From Octopus vulgaris (Eukaryota), in assembly GCA_951406725.2 (NCBI GenBank), contig OX597830.1, positions 53,878,001-53,942,000 of the forward strand: a stretch of DNA of 64,000 nucleotides, read 5' to 3'. Positions 25,489 to 37,875 of this stretch are shown piece by piece (position 1 is the first letter of the stretch; every line of letters starts with the position of its first letter). Made by a program: the position numbers and the translations under genes. The notes beneath the pieces were generated by a model that did not search any database, was not told the origin of the DNA, and worked only from the letters and a program-made list of their open reading frames with translations.

Positions 25489-25842
25489 GCTCATAAAACA
25501 AATAAACTGACCAAAATAATTTCATGAAAACAAAACAAAGAGATAAAACTTGGATCCATTAGAACAATAAAATTAGGGGGAATGTGGTGGGGATTGTGGG
25601 GGGGTTATTACAGCACTAAAATTGGAAGAAAGGGAGAGAGTTTTTATAACAATTTAGTAAGTCTACCTTGACACCTCTTTCATCATCATTCACCTTGTAT
25701 CACCAATATTCTCTACGTTTGATGTAATTTATAAACGACATTATTGAGATCGGCTTCAATAAATAAAATTCTCTCTGCCAATTATGTCTTGTGTTTTATT
25801 GAACTTCTTCTTGTCTGCTCTTTGTGTGTGTGTGTGTGTGTT

Positions 25843-26480
25843 TTTGTATTATGTGTAGGTATGTGTGTGATGTGTGTATGCGTGTGAGTTTGTGTGGGTG
25901 TGTATGTGTGTATAGGTGTATATAAGTGTGATGTGTGATGTGTGTGTGTGTGTGTGTGTGTTTGTATTATGTGTAGGTGTGTGTGTGTGTGTGATGTGTG
26001 TATGCGTGTGAGTTTGTGTGGGTGTGTATGTGTGTGATGTATGTGTGTATAGGTGTATATATGTGTGATGTGATGTGTGTGTGTGTGTGTTTGTATTATG
26101 TGTAGGTGTGTGTGTGTGATGTGTGTGTGTGTGTGATGTGTGTATGCGTGTGAGTTTGTGTGGGTGTGTATGTGTGTATAGGTGTATATATGTGTGATGT
26201 GTGTGTGTGTGTGTGTTTGTATTATGTGTAGGTGTGTGTGTGTGATGTGTGTATGCGTGTGAGTTTGTGTGGGTGTGTATGTGTGTATAGGTGTATATAA
26301 GTGTGATGTGATGTGATGTGTGTGTGTGTGTGTTTGTATTATGTGTAGGTGTGTGTGTGTGTGTGATGTATGTATGTATGCGTGTGAGTTTGTGTGGATG
26401 TGTATGTGTGTGATGTATGTGTGATGTAGGTGTGATATATGTGTGATGTGATGTGATGTGTGAGTGTGTGTGTGTGTATG
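25843..26480. repeat. ~120-bp higher-order minisatellite built from GT microsatellite (5 units)
   Basis: Marker tttgtattatgtgtagg at 25843, 25961, 26090, 26216 and 26333. Confidence 0.9.
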
Positions 26481-27104
26481 TGTTTATGTATATGTGTGCA
26501 TGTATGTGTGTTTGTATGTGTGTGTCTGTATATAGGTGTGATGTATGTGTGTGTGTGATGTGATGTGAGAGTGTGTGTGTATGTCTGTGTGAATGAGTGA
26601 TGTGTGTGTATGTGCGTATGCGTACATGCAAGTATGTGTGCATGTATGGTAAGTGTGTGTGCGTGTGTGTGTGTGTGAATGTATGTGGGTGTGTGATGTG
26701 TAAGAGCATGTGTGCATGCATGTAATGTGTTTTGTTTGTGTGTTTGTTTGTGTGTGTGTGTGTGTGTGTGTATGATGTGTTGTGTGTATGTGTGTGTGAG
26801 TGTGTGTGTATGATGTGTTGTGTGTGTGTGTGTGTGTGTTTGTTTGCATAACCAACATTTTGCAACAGTGTAAAAGGAAAAATGTTACAAAAACCATTTT
26901 TTTGTGTGGAATTTCTGTGTCAGTTGAGATATTTGACATCTCTTGGTTCCAGGCAAGTTCAACAGTTTGCTAGAAGTAAGAGCCAAATCACTCTAACTTC
27001 TTGAAATAAAATAGAAATAATAATTATAAACTGCAAAATATAATGATTGGAATGCATTTGATTAGAGACAGCCTGGTGTTAAATAACAAAAGCAGCCACA
27101 GTGG

Positions 27105-27332
27105 TACCAGCAACAGCAACAACAACAGCAAAAGCGGCAACAACAAGAACAGGAATAAGAACAATAGCAGTTAGCATCATTGACTGCAGCAACAGCAACA
27201 GCAATAACAACAGCAGTAACAACAGCAGTAACAACAGCAACAACAACAGCAAAACCAGCAATTATGGCAACAACTGTAGCAATGACAACAACAATTATAT
27301 CAGCAGTAACACTAGCAGCAGCAGCAACAACA

Positions 27333-27373
<41 letters not shown>

Positions 27374-27578
27374 CACCACCACCACCACTACTACTACTAC
27401 TTCCACCACCACCACCACCACTACTACTACTACTACCACCACCACCACCACCACTACTACTACTACTACTACCACCACCACCACCACCACTACTACTACT
27501 ACTACCACCACCACCACCACCACCACTACTACTACTACCACCACCACCACCACTACTACTACTACTACTACCACCACC

Positions 27579-27676
<98 letters not shown>

Positions 27677-27752
27677 CACCACCACTACCATCACCACCAC
27701 ATACCCTACCACCACCACCACCACCACCACCACCACTACCACCACTACTACT
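27105..27752. repeat. CAA/CAG repeat followed by alternating (CTA)n/(CCA)n blocks
   Basis: Direct reading. Confidence 0.95.
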
Positions 27753-28286
27753 GGTCTTTGGATACCTTTGGCAGAATTTACTCAGCTGTAAATGTGCAAG
27801 CAGCCAAGTCTGAGAACTGAGAATAATTTTATCTTTTCCTACAACCAGTCATGGCTAATTTGAAATAGGTCCATACGCCTGTGGAATACTCAGCCACTTA
27901 CCCAGTGATTTAATGATCAGGTAATTCAATGGATGAAATAACTCACCATTGAGATTGGAACAAGATCAATTTATTTGTTATTTATGTGTGTATAAGACAG
28001 ATTAAACTTCTGGATAATTTTACATCATTTAACAATTCCTTTAATGGTTTGTAATTGTAAATACTTTGTTGTTGTTGCTCTTGTTGTTAGTACTGGTGGT
28101 GGTGGTGGTGGTGGCAGCAGTGGAAGTGGTGGTGGTGGTGTTTAGTCCTCAGCCCCGACACAGTGCCTACACATTGAAATGGAAATACTAAAAATGAAAG
28201 ACTAACCTGGTTGTACAATGAGCACACTTTGTGGTTGTGTTTGTTACAAATACTAACCATCACATTTCCTGCAGCTACATGCATCC

Positions 28287-28327
<41 letters not shown>

Positions 28328-28741
28328 TAAGATGTAGAGACACTTAAATGATAAAGTTCTTTATGTAATTCCTCAATACTGTACCTAAAGAAGGATATCA
28401 TTGATGTGTGGCTGTGTGGTTAAGAAGCTCATTTTGCAACCATACGGCTTCAAGTTCAGTCCCACTGCATGGCAAGGGTCTTCTACTATAGTCCTGAGCT
28501 GACCAATGCTCTGTGAAGGAATTTGGTGGAAGGAAACTGTGTGGAAGGCCATTGCATATGTGTATGAGTGTGTATGCATATGTGTGTGCATATGTGTATT
28601 TGTCTCCTTTCCCATTGCTTGACAAACTGGTGTTGGTTTACTTATGTCCTTGTAACTTAATAGTTCAGCCAAAGTGATTGATAGAATAAGTACCTGGTTT
28701 TAAAAAGAAATAAACACAGGGGTTGATTTGTTCGACTAAAC

Positions 28742-29287
28742 CAGTAGTTCCCAAAGTGGGCGCTACTGCCCTCTTAGGAGCAGTGAAAAGATCTGGGGGT
28801 GGGGATCATTAAAGAAAAGTGGGTTGATAATAGGGGGGGGCCAAAAGAGAGTGATGGATGTAAAAAACTCACAATGGGATAAGTAGGTTAAGATTTATTT
28901 GTGAAATACAGCTGTTTTGAATTTGCTGCAGAAAGCAGTTAATGTTTGTGATAGTATGTGTGTTGGGCGAGCTGGCAGAATCGTTAGCATGCCGGGCGAA
29001 ATGCGTAGTCGTATTTTGTCTACTGTTACGTTCTGAGTTCAAATTCCACCGAGGTCGACTTTGCCTTTCATCCTTTCGGGGTTGATAAATTAAGTACCAG
29101 TTACGCACTGGGGTCGATGTAATCGACTTAATCCCTTTGTCTGTCCTTGTTTGTCCCCTCTCTGTGTTTAGGCCCTTGTGGGTAGTAAAGAAATAAGTAT
29201 GTGTGTTGGAGTGAGGTAGGGGAGGCACTAGGAACGTGACCTGGGTGCCAAGGGGCTGGCAGCCTGAAAAAAGTTTGGGAACTACAG
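28742..29287. mobile_element. hAT MITE containing a family B SINE
   Basis: TIRs cagtagttcccaaa / tttgggaactacag; 8-bp TSD gactaaac / gattaaac. Confidence 0.85.
28967..29195 (+). mobile_element. Young SINE family B (tail type 2) with 14-bp TSD
   Basis: TSD agtatgtgtgttgg at 28953-28966 and 29196-29209. Confidence 0.9.
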
Positions 29288-29369
29288 GATTAAACCATTT
29301 AAGCTAGTGCTCCAGCATGGCCACAGTCCAGTAACAAACAAGTAAAAGATAAAAGATAAAAGATAATTG

Positions 29370-29790
29370 CAAACTGGGACAGTGCTGCTGCTTCATGCAC
29401 AGACATCCTGCATTGCATCCTGAGAAGGGCCACTTGACTCATTGACATTCAATCACCTATTAATTAATTCCAGCTCCCTGACCCCTAGACATGCTGTCCC
29501 CACTTTCTAGCTTTTCTATCACTGCCAGATTGGCCTTTGTCTCTCAGAGATTGCTTGTATTGTACACACACACACCAATCAAGCACTCCCAAACCACCTG
29601 TCCTTCCACATCTCATCATCCATGTTGCATCCAACCCTTCCTCTTGCTAATTGGCTTCACACCAACAATTATTCCTAATCCTTTCTTCCCAGGACAATGT
29701 CCCACTGGAAATTCTCTGGATTTCTTGGGGATGTTGAGCTGAAGCAGTTTAAATGGAACATTAATGACATCAAGCTCACTATTCTTGGAG
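29370..29790 (+). mobile_element. CR1/L2/I-group LINE 3' ORF remnant
   Basis: WDSAAAS..DILH..LRRAT, RHAV...LFYH...GLC.SEIA, FFPRT..., LKQFKWNINDI. Confidence 0.6.
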
Positions 29791-29889
29791 TAACTGCAAA
29801 GGACATGGGTAATGCCCCTTCGTCCAAACTCAATAAATAGAAAAAAATCCCCTTTTTAGTTGGAGAAAGGACACAAAAATATAGCAGTA

Positions 29890-30845
29890 CTAGCATTAAA
29901 GACTCGTTGTTGCGGGGTCATAGTGCTAGTGCATGTATATATGTGTATATATATGTGTACATATTACATCTACACATAAAATACAAAATACAAAGTTATA
30001 TCTTGATATCGCTAGTGATAACAATACTCAAAATATATAATAGTCTGGAATTGTTAGCCCGTCTCTTGTAATTTCAATCAATTGTATCTTGTCCTCCCTC
30101 TTGTATAGAAGTGTGGCTACAATCCAGTCTACCTCTACTTCTGGGAAATTTAAAATTTTTTTCCGGGACGTTCTACGTCCCAGATATAAAGGTAAAAATA
30201 AAATATTTCCACTTTGCAAGTTCGAGTCGAGTACTCCCTTGCACGCTCCGTTGACTCGAACCTTGCTTCTATTGTGGTGAATTTACCGCCTCTGATTAGA
30301 TACCTTTCATAGTCGCACCAAGACACTTTTCGAAGGTGCTTTCCTCCATGTGTTCAAATCTTCTTTTTTATCTACCTTGTATACTTTATAGACAATAGTC
30401 TTTTCTTTAATTTAATCTTTTATTATCCATCTGGATTATTCCATTTCTACACGCTAATTTTATTTTTAAATTTATTCCCATTCATGTGAAACCACTTATT
30501 CAAGTTCAAATCATTGATGCAATTTTATACCAATTGCTATTTTTACTTTTGTTATGTTACTTTAGTTTGATTTTAATTATTACTTACTACATATAATTCA
30601 ATTGTTATTATTATTTTTATTGTTAAAGTGAAAGTATCTGACATAAAATAGAAAAACGTTTTTGTTTCACTTTTAACACGGGCTCGCTCTAGGCAAGAAG
30701 TTGAACATTTTTTTTGCCGATGACACTCCCCAAACCCTAAGTAAGGCATGTGTAAAATTTGAATGTAATTGGTTGTGTAGTTCTCAAGTTTTAGGGAAAC
30801 ACACAGACAGACAAACACACATTCTCAGTTTTATATATATAAAGA
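29890..30845 (-). mobile_element. Non-autonomous Helitron-like element
   Basis: Minus strand starts a|tctttatatatataaaactgagaatgtgtgtttgtctgtctg and ends with a gaccc...gagtc hairpin then gctag|t; inserted between A and T. Confidence 0.75.
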
Positions 30846-30977
30846 TTGGTTTGTGATGCCCAAAGAAAAGGGGAGATAATTACAAGAAATTAAGAATTAC
30901 TCGCTTGACTGTTAATTTGTATATATTTGGAGAAAGGGAAGCCTGATCTTTGTTTGCTGGAAGTGGGAACAACTAAT

Positions 30978-31007
30978 GACATGTTTCAGTCTCTTAGACC
31001 TCATCAG
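30978..31007 (-). ncRNA. Minimal hammerhead core (canonical C3:G8) with degenerate stem I
   Basis: CTGATGA-GGTCT aag AGACT-GAAA-CATGTC, with palindromic ACATGT stem III and GUC cleavage triplet. Confidence 0.6.
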
Positions 31008-32221
31008 CACAGTATATAGTCTGTCTGTTCAAACCTGCTTTAACTGTCTGGGCTGAGGCCATGCTGGTGCAATGCCTTCAGGTGGTGTAAAGGTTTTTTA
31101 ACAATAGGAATTATTTCAGATTAAAATAAAAAAGCTATTGTTGATGTTTAGCTCCCAGTCAGCCTTGACTTAGCAGACATATGATCAAAGGCATTCCATC
31201 CATAACCATCACACATTTACTACTATTTTTCCTTTTTCACTGGATACTTTATCTATGTTTATTGGAATTGTTGAAGTCAAAGGATCTAAGTGAATGTTTG
31301 ATCTTGCCAACAGTAAATGTAAAATGGTTTCCATGGTGAAATAAATTGGTTTATGGTGAAGTAGAAGAGAACGGTGGATTTGCCGATCTAGGATTACTAT
31401 TTTATGTTATGTGTCCTTCCATTTTTTAAGAAAGTGGGAGGATTTGGTTGCTATTTCTATTAGGTTGGGCAACCATGCAAAAGTTGCCTGGTTCTTAAGG
31501 AAGACCTTTTGTTTCTCTGAAGCGATTGAACAGGTGGTGGTGTTAATCCATTTCTCAGTGTAACGGCTACTTCCACTCCACCATCAACATCAACACAACC
31601 ACCATTGCTATCATAACGTTAGTACCACCACCACTCTCCTGTAACCAAATAAACCACCACCACCATTCATTCTCTCTCTAATCACTTCAGTCCATCTCCT
31701 TCGTCATGTTATAGTTGAAAACTCTCTTAAATTAAAACAAGAAAACCAAGGGACTTGATCTGATTCCAACAGAATTAATTCTAAACTATAATTGTTGCAG
31801 ACAACCAGGATACCTTGTTGTTCTTCACTAGTGGAGGTCATCGAACGAAAATAGTAAAGGATTCTGTGGTGCCATTTTCTACAGATACCGTTTTATTTAT
31901 TAAATATCAATGAGCTGATGCTAGTACGATGTGTGTATATGTGTGTGAGTGTATGTGTGTGTGTGTGTAAACATACATCAATATATATTCATAAATTTAT
32001 ATATATGCATACACACACTGCACACATGCATGCACACACACACACACATACGCACACACACACACATCTATATATGTTTGTATGTATTTATTTATCTATC
32101 TATTATCTATCTCTCTATCTCTCTATCTATCTATCTACCTATCTATCATCAACATCATCGTTTAACATCTGCCTTCCATCAATATAATATACATATACAT
32201 ATACATATATATATATATATA

Positions 32222-32286
<65 letters not shown>

Positions 32287-32707
32287 GTGTGTATATATAT
32301 CTTGCATGTATCAAAATGTATGAATCAGTGTGTGTGTGCATGTGCATATGTGCATGCAAGCAAGTGCGCATGTGCATGTGTGTTTGTGTTTGTGTGAATA
32401 TATAAGTGCATGTAATTAGCAAAGTGACGAGCAAGCATGGCTTCCAAAATACAACCATATCCATGCACACTCTTACACATTCAAAGCTAACACATACATG
32501 GATAGACACACATATTCATATATGCACAAACACATCAACATTTACATATGCACAAACATAGACACATACAACACAGAGTTATAGAAAATTTTGTAATTTT
32601 AGTTGAGACAATAAGGTGCCAAGCAACTAATTAAATGATTGACAGTTCACATCCAGCCATAGGCAGATACATAACGCTGTCTCCATGACCTATACACTTC
32701 TAGTCAA

Positions 32708-33098
32708 TTCTTAATGGCACAGTCTACTTGGTTGTAAGAAGGGTGCTACAGGATAGCAATAGTACATTCAATGGGCCAGTCTAATTGGTTGTAAGAAAGG
32801 TGCCACAGGATAACAATTGTACATTCAATAGCTCAGTCCATCTGATTGCATACAAGGATAATAATAGTGCATTCAATTCATCAGTCCAATTGGATGTGAG
32901 AAAGGTGTTGCTGGGTAGCAATAGTAAATCATTAGCCCAGTTCATTTGGTTACAAAAATGGTACCACAGGATAGCAGTAATTCATTCAATGGTCCAGTCC
33001 ATTTGGTTGTAAGAAAGATGTCATAGGATAGCAATAATGCGATCAACAGCCCAGTCCATTTGGTTGTAAGAACAGTGTCACAGAATAGAAATGGATAC
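32708..33098. repeat. Diverged 57-bp tandem repeat, ~7 units
   Basis: Consensus ttcaatggcccagtccatttggttgtaagaaaggtgccacaggatagcaatagtgca. Confidence 0.85.
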
Positions 33099-33438
33099 TG
33101 CTGTAAGCTATGGTAATGACATATTATAAGCATCTCATTGGCATTGATATATTGATTGTAAGACTACAAACAGGATAGGGAAGGGTGGGAAGAAATAAAG
33201 AAATGGATAAAGCAGAAAAGAAACAGTGCAAAAGACAAAGCTTGTATGTAAATGAAACTGCTTAACTGTGAATTCAAAGACAGATATGACCGACAACTTT
33301 AACACTTCGGCAACAAATACTGACTGGAGTTTCAAAACTGAAGAAGATAGAGAAAAAAAAAACTTTGTTTTGAGATACATATACATATATGTGTGTGTAT
33401 GTGTATATGCATGTAAGTGCGTATATGCACGTAAAATA

Positions 33439-33492
<54 letters not shown>

Positions 33493-33849
33493 TGTGTGTG
33501 TGTCTGTTTGCATTTGCACATCATTGAAAACTGCATGGTAATGCTGTAATGTTGGCATCATCTGCTGGCTTTACTCCATCAAAGACATGAAAATAAGAAA
33601 CCCTTTTGTTGAATAAAAGGTGATGGTCAGTGATAGGAAGGATATCTAGTTGTGAAATAATTCCCCAATAAACATTGTCTGACATTTGTAAGCATGGCAT
33701 GGAAAGGGTTAAAATGATGAAGATAATGATGATGATAATTTATATATATATATATACACACATACATATATATATTTTCTATTTTATGCATTTCAGCCCA
33801 AAGGCTGTGATCATACCACCAGTGTTATCACCTTTTCAATACCCATTCT

Positions 33850-34165
33850 TTTGTGACTAGTTTTTGGTGAAAGAGGGATATTGCTACCCTTTTTTGAGCT
33901 TCTTGCTGTGATGCAGGTTAATTAGGAATCTTAGACAAGAGGCCAAACTGTTTCTTGAAAGCATCTACCCCTACTTCAAGTAGATCGCTCAGATGTTTTG
34001 GCAAGGTATTAAATAACCATGGGCCTTTGAATCCTAAGGTATTGCAGTACTTGGCCCTAACTTTAGATGGGATGGCTAGAACCTTTGGGACAATGTGGTG
34101 ACATCCAGTTCAGGAGCTGGTATAGCTTTTGATGTGAAGTCTAGCGCCAACCCCTCTAGGATTGT
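33850..34165 (-). mobile_element. CR1/L2-group LINE 3' end remnant
   Basis: CNTLGFKGPWLFNTLPKHL.....VDAFKKQ...KIPN.P. Confidence 0.65.
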
Positions 34166-34178
34166 CAGTATGTGGGTG

Positions 34179-34233
<55 letters not shown>

Positions 34234-34429
34234 AGTATGTGTGCTTTTTTTTCTTATACTTCTTTTATTTTGTAAAATTAAGATAAATAAAGTTCTTTAT
34301 AACCTAGAATATAATTTCCTTCATTTTCTACAATGTTCTTCAATCTGTCTGGTAGACTTGCAAAGCCCCTCTTCCAAAATTCACTTGTCCCTAACAAAAA
34401 ATACTCCTCCAGTATTGTTCTAACCTCAT

Positions 34430-35480
34430 CTACAGAATTCATATTTTTTCCGTCCAAATAATTTTACTGACTGCGGAATAAATGATAATCAGATGTCTGG
34501 CAAATATGGTGGGTGGAGGCATCATTTCCCATTCAAACTGCTCCAGCCTTTGCAATGTCATCCTCACTGTATGTGGCTGAGCATTATCCTGATAGAACAC
34601 CTTTCATCTTGAAATCAAAGATGGTCATTTTTCTTCTAGTGCTGACTTAAGCCACTCAAGCTGCTCGCAGTAGATCTCCTTTGTTATCATTTGGTTTAGG
34701 TTTAAACGTTCAAAGTGGTCTAATCCTTTCATATCCCACCAAATAGATAACAACACCTTATGTGGGTGAATACCTTCTTTAGTATGGGGTGCTGTTGTTT
34801 CTTCTTTCTCTACCCACTGTCTTCAGCACTTGACATTTTTATAGAGAATCCATTTCTTATCACCAGTCACTATTTGGTCCCTAAAAAGGTTCATTCGTGA
34901 GATGTAACAACAAAGAAGTGTACACATTCACTTTCTGCATGTGATTAGACACAGAAAGTTTTTGAGGAACCCATTGACCCAATTTGCTGACTTTTCCAAT
35001 GGCACACAAGTGTTGAATTGTTGAATGACCAAATTCAGGCTTCTCTGCTAATTCATCAACAGTTACAATGGGAATTTGTTCCACCAGGGTTTGCAGGACG
35101 TCCTTGTTGAGTTCTACAGATCTTCCAGGATGAGGCTCATTTTCTAGGCTCTAGTTACCTGTTTGAAATTTCTGGAACCACCGTTGACACTGGCTTACAC
35201 TTATTGTCCAAACCTCATATACTGCATTAATATTCTTTGCACTTTCCGTTGCATTGTTGCGTTTATTGAACTCATAAAGCAAAATATGCCGACTATGCTC
35301 CTTTGTTACTTCCATTATAGCTTTGAAAAAATAACTGTTAAAATCAAAGTGCACTCTTCAAAACTTGCATTAACAATAAGGACAAGGTAAAATTACTACC
35401 TGCTTTTATAGCAAGTTGATACAGATAGTTTATCCCCCACTCTGACATTTAGTTCATGCAATTGAAAAAAACTGCATCAT
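34430..35480 (-). mobile_element. Near full-length decayed mariner (SETMAR-like) transposon
   Basis: MEVTKEHSRHILLYEF..., WVPQKLS, IVTGDKKWILY, HPHKVLLSIWWD, YQDNAQPH; multiple frameshifts. Confidence 0.9.
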
Positions 35481-35664
35481 TTATATATATATATAGATAT
35501 ATGACCAGTCTACCATAACTTACATATAGACACACGACCAGCCTACCATGACTTCTCATACATTTTAAACTCCATGAGCAATTCATATTGTACTAACTTT
35601 GCTAATTTCTTTTCTCTTCTTTCTTTAACTTTTGTCTCTCATTCCAACATAAAACTTTCCTCCG

Positions 35665-35762
35665 CCACCTACACCACCTATGCTCCTCCACCTACACCAC
35701 CTACGCTCCTCCACCTACACCACCTACGCTCCTCCACCTACACCACCTACGCTCCTCCACCT
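35665..35762. repeat. 23-bp minisatellite, about 4.3 copies
   Basis: ccacctacaccacctacgctcct at 35665, 35688, 35711 and 35734. Confidence 0.95.
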
Positions 35763-35939
35763 TGCTGCACATGTCTCCAACCACTTACTTCTTTCTGGTT
35801 AATTCAACATGTGCAACTATTAATCCAGACACACTTTTTTTCAATCCATTTTTTTCCCTCTCTCCATCTGTTTTCACCCCTCATTCCTTTCTGTAGAAGG
35901 GTATAGGCTCAAAACATCAAAAACGTCTTCCATTTTCTT

Positions 35940-36109
35940 GAGCCATTTTCTTTTTGTGCCTTATAATGTAACACACTCATCCGTAAAATTTCCACTTCTT
36001 TCTTATTTTTATTTTCCTAAAATATTCGTTGCGTCTTGAAAAAAAAAAAAAAAGTGGAAATTTTACTGCTGAGTGTGTTACATTATAAGGCACAAAAAGA
36101 AAATGACTC
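35940..36109. repeat. ~58-bp inverted repeat (fold-back), probably Penelope-like terminal repeat
   Basis: cattttctttttgtgccttataatgtaacacactca...gtaaaatttccactt mirrored at 36052-36109. Confidence 0.8.
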
Positions 36110-36485
36110 TCCCCAGACACAACAGAATAAGTATTATTCTTATCATTAAAATATTAATACTAAATTAGTATACATTATCTCATAAGCATTTTGCTATGGG
36201 AATGGGATTCTGGTTGAAATTGAAATGAAATGAAAATTACATTTGGGCTGTAGCAATTAAGATATTGAAGAAACAGAGGAATTCTAGATTCATTGACTAA
36301 GTCACATTTGAATATTGATAACAAAAACTTAGCTGTTGATTCAAGAAGGAGCGGATGAGCATGCTGTTGAAATAGCAACAAGATATGAATAATATTAGGG
36401 AATGCATTTTAAATATATGACAGGACGCTGAACGCAGTCCTTGTATTACTAAATTTATGTACCATATATAAATATATACATATAT

Positions 36486-36604
<119 letters not shown>

Positions 36605-37006
36605 GATAGATAAATAGATATATAATAGTAGTAGTAGTAGTGGTGTTAGTGGTGGTAGTGGTGGTGGTGGTGGTAGCAGTGGCGGCAGTGATGGTAGTGG
36701 TGGTGGTGGTGGTGGTTGTGGTGGTGGCAGTGGTGTTGTTTGTGGTGGTTGTTGTGGTGGCAGTGGTGTTGGTGGTAATGACAGTAGTAGTAGTAGTAGC
36801 AGTAGCAGCACAATAGTAGTAGCAGTTACAGAAGACGATAGGGAGATAATGCTCTGCTGGGATATCACCTATATCATAGACATCATATTTATCCGATATT
36901 TAGATATCTCACTTGTCTCTATAGGGATGAAAAAAGACCATAGAGTGTGATATCATTTACATATGTTCAGTGTAATCATATGTGCAAATATATATATATA
37001 TATATA

Positions 37007-37058
<52 letters not shown>

Positions 37059-37201
37059 CACACACATATATATATATACATACATATACATACACACACA
37101 CACACACACATATACATATACATATATACATATATTTAAACATACATACACATACACACATATATATACATAAACATACATATTAACACACACATACACA
37201 C

Positions 37202-37232
<31 letters not shown>

Positions 37233-37296
37233 TTTCACTCACTGGTTTACTAGAAATGAAATATATTGTGGTATGATATAATCACACAAGCACACG

Positions 37297-37676
37297 CTTG
37301 GCTGTGTGATTAAGAAGCTTGGTTTACAATCACATGGTTTCAGGATCAATCCCACTATTCAGTACCTTGAGCAAGTGACTTCTAATATTGCTCCAGGCTG
37401 ACCACTGTCTAATGAGTCGAATTTGCTAGGTGGAAACTCTATGTGTGTGTGAGTGCATGTTTGCATGTGTTTTTGTGCTTGTATTTGCCTCCCACTACCA
37501 CTTGATAACCGCTGTTGGTTTGTTTACTTCCCTTTAACTTTGTAGTTCAGCAAAAGGGACCAATAGATATTGCACCAGACTTAAAGATTAGAACTGTTTG
37601 GCTAATCACTTCGAGGTGGTGACCCAGCATGGCTACTGACCAATGACTAAAACAAGTAAATGATGAACGATAAAAG
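37297..37676 (+). mobile_element. Diverged SINE family A
   Basis: Head, CORE-like region and cagcatggc...gactaaaacaagtaaa tail. Confidence 0.8.
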
Positions 37677-37875
37677 ATTAAAGACAGATATAGAGAGTAT
37701 CAGTTGAACAGATGTACAGGGTACCATACAAAAACCTCCCATATTTTACAAGGTCACTTGTGTGGTACTAATAAAGGTAGGCAGATACTAATAGTATTTT
37801 CATACAGCTAATAGTCTATCACGGAGATGTACTTGCATAGTGAGTGACTTGATCTGAGATCGTGTACTGGAACGA

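Larger units (their letters stand above)
28406..29362 (+). mobile_element. SINE family A interrupted by a hAT MITE
   Basis: Head at 28406; tail split at gactaaac and resuming at 29296 toward gtgctccagcatggcc. Confidence 0.85.

Noticed and set aside
25849-26865. 338-aa His/Thr ORF and the many [12 protein letters not shown] ORFs
   Set aside because: These are translations of CA/TA/TG microsatellites.
27101-27820. Long poly-Thr/His/Val ORFs resembling a mucin; the ACT/ACC alternation is synonymous
   Set aside because: Compound trinucleotide microsatellite open in several frames, with no complex flanking coding sequence. The same pattern occurs at 15960 and 51800.
32708-33098. Regular repeats as a CRISPR-like array
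   Set aside because: Whole units are homologous with no unique spacers; eukaryotic context and no cas genes.
33250-33365. Strong minus-strand splice acceptor (tttttttttctctatcttcttcag); weaker candidates near 28385, 31880 and 63772
   Set aside because: No convincing donor or recognisable peptide; cannot be supported without RNA-seq.
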